Of a DNA stretch of 17,520 bases, positions 8,083 through 14,482 are shown in pieces. The DNA is from Candidatus Iainarchaeum sp. (lineage in GTDB: Archaea > Iainarchaeota > Iainarchaeia > Iainarchaeales > CSSED10-239). Position numbers and translations under genes: made by a program. Position 1 is the stretch's first letter, and each line of letters starts with the position of its first letter. The notes under the pieces are model-generated. The model made no database searches and was not told the origin of the DNA. It saw only the letters and a list, made by a program, of their open reading frames with translations. The DNA is taken from the NCBI GenBank assembly GCA_028693335.1, contig JAQUVR010000003.1, positions 1-17,520 on the forward strand, read 5' to 3'.

Positions 8083-9273
8083 ATGATAGAAGGATTAGAA
8101 AAAAGGGTTATAATTGTTGGTGGGGGGCCAGTAGGACTATATTGTGCATATCTTATTAAAAGGTTTAATCAAAGAGTGTGTGTTACATTAATTGAACAAA
8201 AAAAAGATGTTGGAACAAATTATTGTTGTGCTGGTCACATATCTATTTATGGTTATCGTAAATTAATGGTTTCTTCTGTTTTAGATTTAGAAAAATTTTT
8301 AGTAAATAAAATTAGAGGTGCCTATATTTTTGGGCCTAATCAAGCAAAATTAGAAATAAAAACAGAAAAATTTCAAACCTTTTTAATAGACAGATCTAAT
8401 TTTGAAAATGAATTGTATTTATTAGCTCAAAATGTTGGTGTAGAAATAAAATTAAATCACAAAGTTTCTTCAATCACTGATGATGAGATTGTTGTTGATG
8501 ATAAAGAGAATAATAAATATTTAACTATAAAATATGATTTTTTAATTGGTGCCGATGGCCCTAATTCTATTGTAAGAGATAGTTTTGAAAATAAATTTGA
8601 CACGTCTGATTTTGTTGTTACTTATCAAGTTACTGCAGAAGGTGATTTTAAAAAGGACATGGTGTCTGTTTATTTTGGGGATTTTTCAAAATCTTTTTTT
8701 GGGTGGATAATTCCAATTTCTAGAACACAAGCAGAAATTGGAGTAGGTACAAATATCACCCAAAATCCAAAATTGGCATTTGATCAATTTTTAACGAAAT
8801 ATAATCTTGATATAAAAAATATTGAATTTAATTGTTCAGGAATAATTCCAATCTCAAATCTAAAAAATAAAACCTTTGTAGAAAAAAATAAGCTTTTAAT
8901 TGGTGATGCTGGTTGTTTTGTAAAAGCAACAACTGGCGGAGGAATTATTTTTGGAATGTTTTCTGCTGAAGCGGCAGCAAAAGCAATTACTTTAAGATAT
9001 AAAAGTTTTAAAAAAATTGATAGTTATAATAAATTATTATCAAAATATTTATCAAATTTAAATCTTCATTATAAAATACATCAATTCATGACAAAAAAAA
9101 CACAATATGAGTTAGATCAAATGTTGTTAAAATTAAAAGAAGCTGATGTTGAAATATTTTTAGAAAAATATGCAAACATTGATTTTATAACTGGTGTTAT
9201 TCCAAAAGCAATAGTTCATCCAAAATTTTATGTGTTTTATAAAGAGATTTTGGATTTTATTAAACAAAAATAA
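8083..9273 (+). CDS. Geranylgeranyl reductase-family FAD-dependent oxidoreductase
   Basis: A Rossmann motif (VIIVGGGPVGLYCAY), LIGADGPNSIVR, FFGWIIPISRTQAEIGVG and LIGDAGCFVKATTGGGI align with the motif order of archaeal digeranylgeranylglycerophospholipid reductases. The ATG is 3 nt after the stop of the surface protein. Confidence 0.82.
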   Translation: MIEGLEKRVIIVGGGPVGLYCAYLIKRFNQRVCVTLIEQKKDVGTNYCCAGHISIYGYRKLMVSSVLDLEKFLVNKIRGAYIFGPNQAKLEIKTEKFQTFLIDRSNFENELYLLAQNVGVEIKLNHKVSSITDDEIVVDDKENNKYLTIKYDFLIGADGPNSIVRDSFENKFDTSDFVVTYQVTAEGDFKKDMVSVYFGDFSKSFFGWIIPISRTQAEIGVGTNITQNPKLAFDQFLTKYNLDIKNIEFNCSGIIPISNLKNKTFVEKNKLLIGDAGCFVKATTGGGIIFGMFSAEAAAKAITLRYKSFKKIDSYNKLLSKYLSNLNLHYKIHQFMTKKTQYELDQMLLKLKEADVEIFLEKYANIDFITGVIPKAIVHPKFYVFYKEILDFIKQK

Positions 9274-9306
9274 TTTTATCTTAGGAGGTAATAAATTCTG
9301 AAAAAA

Positions 9307-11085
9307 ATGTTTTTATTATTATTTTTGATGATGTTTTTGTCACCAATTTTTGCATTAGAAGATGGTTCTATTGCAAATACTTTAGAAAATACAACTGATT
9401 CTGTTTGTACAATGGATGTAAAAGAATGTTGGGATGGATCATTTGTTTCAAGAAATCCATCTAGAAACTGCGAATTTTATGCGTGTCCAATACAAAATGA
9501 TTTGGATGCAGATGTTTGTGCTAAACAAATAAAGGAATTAAATATAAAAATAGAACATGAATTTAGTCCACTATTAATAAGAATAGAAAAATTATATGCA
9601 GAATTTAGAGAGCAAGAAAGAATTTATTTAATGGCTCTAAAAGAATATGAAATGTGTTTAAATCAAACTAAACAAGATAACGAAAATTCAGTAAGAAATT
9701 TGTCTACTACTTCAAAAATGACTGCTAATATTATTTTAAGTAATTCCAGAATAACAAATTTAGAATCTGCAAATAAATTATCAGATATAGATAAAGAAAT
9801 TTTAAATGCAGAAAAAATTACTACTACAGATCAAATGATTGAAAATATTGTTATAAATGATATTTCTATTCTTGAAACTAAAGATTTCTCTTCAAATTCT
9901 GATAAATGTCTTAGAGAAAAAGAGAAATATGAAATCGAACAACAAAAACTAAAAAAATTAAAAGAAGAAATTAATCAATTGAAATTACAACACAAAGAAA
10001 TTATTGAAACAATGTCACACTTAAAAAAAGAAAGAGATATATTAATAGAAAGCTGTACTCAAAAAAATACAATTGAAATTTGTAATATTCCTCAAGATTT
10101 AATATTACAAGAAAAAGAATTAATTAAAGAAATTAACAACTTAACTCAATTATCTTTAAATTCGTTACAAAAAGATGAACATTTAGATAAATTAAAAATA
10201 TTAAGAAATGAATATAGATTAATTCAAGAAAAGATTAATGTCATAAAAGAAAGTTGTAACAGACAAAAAAATCAATCTGCGGAAATAGAAAAACCTTGTG
10301 CAGAAAAAGATGAAATAAAAAAGATTTTAGAAGAATTATATAATTTAGTTAATAACACCCTTGATGAAAAAGAGATCTATTTATTAAAAGAAAAAATTGT
10401 GTATTATGAAGAAAAATTAAATAATTTTTCTTGTGATGGCATAAAAACAGAAGACCAAAAAACAGAATATCTAGAAAAAAAGATAAAAGAACTTGAATCT
10501 GAAAGAGAAAGATTAAAATCAGAAATTAATAATCTTAAATCAACAATTACTCAATTAAAAGAAAAATTTTCAGTTGCAAAAAAAGAAGATAAATATAAAT
10601 TGATTTTTGAAAATTCAAAAGACATTAGTCAGCACACAGCTGCTATTGTTGAAAAAGAAATTATAAATCTTAAAAAAGTTTTAGAAAATATAAATGCATC
10701 AAATATGTCAGAAGAAACAAAAGAAAAAATCAGAGAAAAATTACAATTAAAGATTGCGAATTTAGAACAAACTAGATCTACACTATCATTTGTTTTGACT
10801 GCAGAAGAATTAGAAAATGTTGTTAATGATGCAAAAGAATTGACGTTAAATAGTAAAAAATTGGCTACAATTTCTGTGTTAGAAAAGAATATTTTAACAT
10901 TAAGCTCAATAATTGATAAATATCTTTTAGAATCTAAAAATTATTTATTACTTAAAAATGAAGTTGATCAGCTATTAAAAGAAGTCTCTAATATTTCTAT
11001 TGATTCTTTGAATCAAGAAGATATTATTGTGTTTAATAATAGATATCAAGAACTAAAAGAAAAAGTAAGAGCAGAAATAAACTAG
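9307..11085 (+). CDS. Secreted protein: signal peptide, 4-Cys module, long coiled coil
   Basis: A signal peptide (MFLLLFLMMFLSPIFA|LE) is followed by CTMDVKECWDGSFVSRNPSRNCEFYACP. About 520 aa of heptad-like E/K/L/I/N-rich sequence with scattered Cys follow. An AGGAGGT motif lies 17 nt upstream of the ATG, so the true start may be an upstream non-ATG codon (see findings). Confidence 0.8.
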   Translation: MFLLLFLMMFLSPIFALEDGSIANTLENTTDSVCTMDVKECWDGSFVSRNPSRNCEFYACPIQNDLDADVCAKQIKELNIKIEHEFSPLLIRIEKLYAEFREQERIYLMALKEYEMCLNQTKQDNENSVRNLSTTSKMTANIILSNSRITNLESANKLSDIDKEILNAEKITTTDQMIENIVINDISILETKDFSSNSDKCLREKEKYEIEQQKLKKLKEEINQLKLQHKEIIETMSHLKKERDILIESCTQKNTIEICNIPQDLILQEKELIKEINNLTQLSLNSLQKDEHLDKLKILRNEYRLIQEKINVIKESCNRQKNQSAEIEKPCAEKDEIKKILEELYNLVNNTLDEKEIYLLKEKIVYYEEKLNNFSCDGIKTEDQKTEYLEKKIKELESERERLKSEINNLKSTITQLKEKFSVAKKEDKYKLIFENSKDISQHTAAIVEKEIINLKKVLENINASNMSEETKEKIREKLQLKIANLEQTRSTLSFVLTAEELENVVNDAKELTLNSKKLATISVLEKNILTLSSIIDKYLLESKNYLLLKNEVDQLLKEVSNISIDSLNQEDIIVFNNRYQELKEKVRAEIN

Positions 11086-11091
11086 AGGTGA

Positions 11092-11325
11092 TTAATTACG
11101 AAAAAAATTCACATATACATTATAGTAGCAATAATCATTATTCTTGTAATATCATTAGTATTTTTATTTAGTAATCGTAACCAGGAAAATACTGACACTC
11201 TTGATAATACTGATGATAATTCAGTTAACATAGATAATGAGAATTTAAAAAAAGATTTAGACACATTAGATAAAGAAGATTTAAAAGACTTGGATTTTAA
11301 TTCCGAAATAATTGATCTAAATTAA
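11092..11325 (+). CDS. Possible small single-pass membrane protein ORF without a canonical start codon
   Basis: An open frame reads LITKKIHIYIIVAIIIILVISLVFLFSNRNQENTDTLDNTDDNSVNIDNENLKKDLDTLDKEDLKDLDFNSEIIDLN*. It has a clear TM helix plus an acidic tail. GAGGTGA (11085-11091) lies directly upstream. There is no ATG/GTG/TTG before the TM segment; the candidate starts are ATT 11095 and ACG 11098. It is in the same frame as the upstream gene. It is not in the ORF track because it lacks a canonical start. Confidence 0.3.
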   Translation, partial: LITKKIHIYIIVAIIIILVISLVFLFSNRNQENTDTLDNTDDNSVNIDNENLKKDLDTLDKEDLKDLDFNSEIIDLN

Positions 11326-11335
11326 AAAAAGCCAT

Positions 11336-11408
11336 TAGCCCGAAGGAGATTCGAACTCCTGTCGCAAGGTTCAAAGCCTTGCATGCTTGGCCTCTACACT
11401 ATCGGGCT
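11336..11408 (-). tRNA. tRNA-Gln (anticodon UUG)
   Basis: The reverse complement folds as a cloverleaf: acceptor AGCCCGA/TCGGGCT, D arm GTGT..GCAT, anticodon stem CAAGG/CCTTG with loop CTTTGAA, T arm AGGAG-TTCGAAT-CTCCT and discriminator A. No CCA is encoded. Confidence 0.9.
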
Positions 11409-11569
11409 ACTAATTTTTTAGTACTTATTCCAGAAATATATATAATATATAATCAGTAATTTTTAAAAAGGAATTTATTTTCCAGAATATTAAAAAAATA
11501 AAAGCAATGGGTTTTTATTTGTTTTTGTATTAAAATATAATATATAGTCTTTTTTTAAATTAAAAAAAT

Positions 11570-11644
11570 GGGAGTGTAGCTTAGCCTGGTTAGAGCACTC
11601 GACTGATAATCGAGAGGTCGCAGGTTCGAATCCTGCCTCTCCCA
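11570..11644 (+). tRNA. tRNA-Ile (anticodon GAU)
   Basis: Cloverleaf: acceptor GGGAGTG/CTCTCCC (one U-U mismatch), D arm GCTT-AGCCTGGTTA-GAGC, anticodon stem CTCGA/TCGAG with loop CTGATAA, variable loop AGGTC, T arm GCAGG-TTCGAAT-CCTGC and discriminator A. No CCA is encoded. Confidence 0.9.
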
Positions 11645-11669
11645 TAATTTCTAATATTTTGTGAGAATA

Positions 11670-12548
11670 ATGGATAAAAATATTGATGATCTTTTGTCTG
11701 GTGGTTATAAATTTATTGAAGATAACCAAAAAGAAATTGCGTGTTTATTAATACATGGTTTTGCTGCAAGCCCAAAAGAATTGATTCCACTTGCAAATTA
11801 TCTAAAATCAGAATTAGATATATATGCGCCATTATTACCAGGCCATGGAACAACAATAGACGATCTTGATAAGAAAAAATTTACTGAATGGATTTCTTGT
11901 GCAAATCAAGTTTACGAATATTTAAATAATAATTATAAGAAAGTTATAATTATTGGATTTTCTATGGGTGGCACAATTGGATTACATTTATCTAAGAAAA
12001 AATCACCATATAAACTTATTACCATTTCTTCTCCCATTGATCTATTAGACCTTAAATTTGTAACTACAAAAATTAAAGAACAATGGAAATTAAATAATTT
12101 AAGTGTAAAAAAAATAATTGCTGAAATTGAGACTGTTTCAAAAATAAAAAACGCAAAAACAGATAAATCTATTGATAAAACTAAGTTAGTTATAAATAAC
12201 ATCTATAAAAAAATATGGGATAATAGACTCAAATCCGCAAAAACAGAAAAACTAATCAAATATATTGACACATATGATTCATTATCTTATCATGCACTAA
12301 AAGAATTGTTTTTTTTAATACACGTGACAAATAAAGATCTAAAAAAAGTAACCGCTCCAATACTTATAATTCATAGTACCAAAGATGAGATGGTTCCTAT
12401 TAATAATGTATCTATAATTTTAGATAAGATATCTAGCGATAATGCAGAAAGATTTATTGTTCATAATTCTAATCATCAGATACCATTGGATGTTGATAGC
12501 GATTTAGTTCAAAAAAAGATTAAAGAATTTATTAACAGAGCAATATAG
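11670..12548 (+). CDS. Alpha/beta-hydrolase (carboxylesterase/lipase-like)
   Basis: Oxyanion region LLIHGFAASPKE, nucleophile elbow GFSMGG (GxSxG), acid ILIIHSTKDEMVP and a C-terminal His (NSNHQ). A Lys-rich lid-like insertion lies between the elbow and the acid. The track start is GTG 11661, only 16 nt after tRNA-Ile; the ATG at 11670 is my preferred start. Confidence 0.83.
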   Translation: MDKNIDDLLSGGYKFIEDNQKEIACLLIHGFAASPKELIPLANYLKSELDIYAPLLPGHGTTIDDLDKKKFTEWISCANQVYEYLNNNYKKVIIIGFSMGGTIGLHLSKKKSPYKLITISSPIDLLDLKFVTTKIKEQWKLNNLSVKKIIAEIETVSKIKNAKTDKSIDKTKLVINNIYKKIWDNRLKSAKTEKLIKYIDTYDSLSYHALKELFFLIHVTNKDLKKVTAPILIIHSTKDEMVPINNVSIILDKISSDNAERFIVHNSNHQIPLDVDSDLVQKKIKEFINRAI

Positions 12549-12550
12549 TT

Positions 12551-13033
12551 TTATTTTATGTTATTATTTTCAAAAGAAATATTTGGTTTACAAATGTTTT
12601 TTTCTTTATCAAAATATAATGTTCCAATAATTTTTTGATTGTGTATTCCAATTACATATCCTGATGACAATACTTGTTTTTTTGAAATATCATTAATATT
12701 TATTTCTTTATTTTCAAAAAAATCAATAGCTTGTTTTCTATCAAGTATCAGATAATTTGTTTTAATCTGATCTGCTTTAAATATTGCACTTATTCCAATA
12801 GAACTTGGAATTGTTTCTTTTAAATTACAGAACAATTCAATACCCATAGATCTTATTTGATTTTTTGAAATGATTTTATTTATTTGTTCTTTTCTTTCTT
12901 TAGTTATTATAAAAAGAGATTTGTTTTTTTTATAAAATAAATATTTTTCAAAAAATATTTTTTCGATTCCAAATCTAGATAAAAAATAATTTCTTATTTT
13001 TTCTTGATTTTTATTGTCGCATATAATAAACAT
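12551..13033 (-). CDS. Hypothetical protein, possibly the PUA-like/RsmF C-terminal-like RNA-binding partner of the adjacent m5C methyltransferase
   Basis: It starts 4 nt after the stop of the methyltransferase gene on the same strand. IRNYFLSRFGIEKIFFEKY...SLFIITKE and SSGYVIGIHNQKIIGTLYF resemble, from memory, the pre-PUA/PUA-like C-terminal domains fused to RsmF/NSUN enzymes in other organisms. The domain call is tentative. Confidence 0.55.
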   Translation of the reverse strand: MFIICDNKNQEKIRNYFLSRFGIEKIFFEKYLFYKKNKSLFIITKERKEQINKIISKNQIRSMGIELFCNLKETIPSSIGISAIFKADQIKTNYLILDRKQAIDFFENKEININDISKKQVLSSGYVIGIHNQKIIGTLYFDKEKNICKPNISFENNNIK

Positions 13034-13037
13034 ATTT

Positions 13038-13973
13038 TCACAATTTTTTAATTTTACAAATAAAAAAACCCTCTAAATTTGTGTGTTGTGGCCAGATTCT
13101 TATGCTGTTTTCTATTTGTTGATTATATTTTTTTGAATTATATTCTAATAATCCATTTTTTGTTAATAATTTTGGAATTTCAATTTTTTCAATTAAAATG
13201 TTTTTTTGTTTTTTAATTAAATAATCTATTACTTCTTCATTTTCTTCTGGGGAGTGTGTACAAGTAGAATAAACAAGTGTTCCTCCAGTTTTTAGAAGAT
13301 TAAATGCATTTGTTATTAATTCTTTTTGCAATTTTGATTTAGACAAAACTAATTTTTCATTCCAGTTTTTTAGAACATCTGTTTTTTTTTTAATTTCTCC
13401 TTCACAACTACATGGAGCATCTAAAAGTATTTTGTCAAATTTAAGTCCGAGATCTAATTTTCGACCATCGAAATTAGTAATTATTGTGTTTGTTACGCCT
13501 AATTTTTTTAAAGTGTATATTAATATTTTTATTCTTTTATTGTCAATTTCATTAGCAACAATTAATCCAGTGTTATTCATTTTTTCTGCAATATAACTGG
13601 TTTTATTTCCAGGTGCTGCAGTAAGATCTAATACCACTTCTCCGGGTTTTGGATCTAAGATAATTACTGGTAATAAAGACGAAACTTCCTGAATTTGAAA
13701 TTGCCCAGTTAATTGCTCAATAGTGTTTCCAATTGCAGAAACCTTTGATTTTATGAGATAGGTTCCTTTAAGATAAGAAATTTCTTCTAATTCTAAATCT
13801 TTTAAAATGTCAATTTCTGTTATGGAATCTACTTTTAATTTATTAATTCTTATTGCTTTTGTTAATTTAATAGAACAAGATTCAAGAAAGTTTTTATTTT
13901 CTATTTTCCCAAGTATTTTTTCATATTTATCTATAAATTCTTTTGGAAAATAGACTTTAGTATTTAAATTCAT
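13038..13973 (-). CDS. NOL1/NOP2/Sun-family RNA (cytosine-C5)-methyltransferase
   Basis: SAM motif I (VLDLTAAPGNKT), motif IV (LLDAPCSCEG, catalytic Cys) and motif VI (LVYSTCTHSPEENEEVI, second catalytic Cys). It ends in TGA, the only TGA stop among the genes in this window. Confidence 0.9.
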   Translation of the reverse strand: MNLNTKVYFPKEFIDKYEKILGKIENKNFLESCSIKLTKAIRINKLKVDSITEIDILKDLELEEISYLKGTYLIKSKVSAIGNTIEQLTGQFQIQEVSSLLPVIILDPKPGEVVLDLTAAPGNKTSYIAEKMNNTGLIVANEIDNKRIKILIYTLKKLGVTNTIITNFDGRKLDLGLKFDKILLDAPCSCEGEIKKKTDVLKNWNEKLVLSKSKLQKELITNAFNLLKTGGTLVYSTCTHSPEENEEVIDYLIKKQKNILIEKIEIPKLLTKNGLLEYNSKKYNQQIENSIRIWPQHTNLEGFFICKIKKL

Positions 13974-14087
13974 TAATGATCATATATTTAATAGCAAGAA
14001 TTGATTTTAAATTTATGTTTATTTAAATAACATAAAGAATATAAATATTTGTTATGATTTTAAAAATTAGTATATATATTTAAATAT

Positions 14088-14099
14088 TATGGTACCATA
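14088..14099. promoter_or_regulatory. Perfect 12-bp palindrome TATGGTACCATA just downstream of a TATA-like tract; possible operator
   Basis: It is the only G/C-containing element in the AT-only divergent intergenic region. It follows TATATATATTTAAATA (14071-14086) and lies 45 nt upstream of the first acidic micro-ORF. The regulatory role is inferred from position only. Confidence 0.2.
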
Positions 14100-14144
14100 A
14101 AAAATTATTTATAACAACCAAAAAATAAACTGTGAGGAAATTAA

Positions 14145-14309
14145 ATGAAAAATGTTTTTGTAATGTCCGAAGATTATGATCTAGATGACTATGACTATGA
14201 TGGCGACGAAAAATCTGTTGATGATGAAAATATTAACGACATTGATAGAGATTTCGAAGATGATGAAGATTATGACTTTGACGATATTGATTCCGATAGT
14301 GATGAATAA
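14145..14309 (+). CDS. Micro-protein, 54 aa, extremely acidic (21 Asp + 6 Glu) with interspersed Tyr/Phe
   Basis: My own translation: MKNVFVMSEDYDLDDYDYDGDEKSVDDENINDIDRDFEDDEDYDFDDIDSDSDE*. GAGGA (14134-14138) lies 6 nt before the ATG, which matches the SD spacing of bona fide genes here. It is too short for the supplied ORF track. Confidence 0.55.
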   Translation: MKNVFVMSEDYDLDDYDYDGDEKSVDDENINDIDRDFEDDEDYDFDDIDSDSDE

Positions 14310-14330
14310 ATAATAAAATGGTGAAAATAT

Positions 14331-14456
14331 ATGAAAATGGAAAATAACTATTACGTATGCTATAATGATGAAGAAGACGAAGAATTTGACGAAGACGAAG
14401 AAGAATTTGACGAAGACGAAGAATTTGACGATGATTTTGAAGATGAAGAAGAATAA
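14331..14456 (+). CDS. Micro-protein, 41 aa; the last 29 residues are 25 Asp/Glu plus 4 Phe
   Basis: My own translation: MKMENNYYVCYNDEEDEEFDEDEEEFDEDEEFDDDFEDEEE*. GGTGA (14320-14324) lies 6 nt before the ATG. The ORF contains an 18/21/18-nt tandem DNA repeat. The 7-TM gene follows 26 nt downstream. Confidence 0.55.
   Translation: MKMENNYYVCYNDEEDEEFDEDEEEFDEDEEFDDDFEDEEE
14373..14429 (+). repeat. Tandem repeat GAAGACGAAGA(AGA)ATTTGAC x3 (18, 21 and 18 nt), in frame within the second acidic micro-ORF
   Basis: Read directly: 14373-14390, 14391-14411 (with an extra GAA/AGA triplet) and 14412-14429. It encodes the repeats EDEEFD / EDEEEFD / EDEEFD. Confidence 0.9.
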
Positions 14457-14482
14457 TTCTTCTTTAATTTTTAATGGTTTGA

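Noticed and set aside
11336-11644. The divergent tRNA pair as a possible integration hotspot or genomic-island boundary. The spacer also has a direct repeat TTATT(TT)CCAGAA(A)TAT at 11428-11435 and 11480-11487.
   Set aside because: I see no duplicated tRNA 3' fragment (att site) elsewhere in the window, and there is no integrase or mobile gene nearby. The short repeat is AT-rich and within chance expectation for this composition.
11490-11729. 79-aa minus-strand ORF overlapping tRNA-Ile.
   Set aside because: It runs straight through a canonical tRNA cloverleaf and the start of the hydrolase gene, so it is spurious. The 11933-12202 minus ORF is likewise antisense to the hydrolase.
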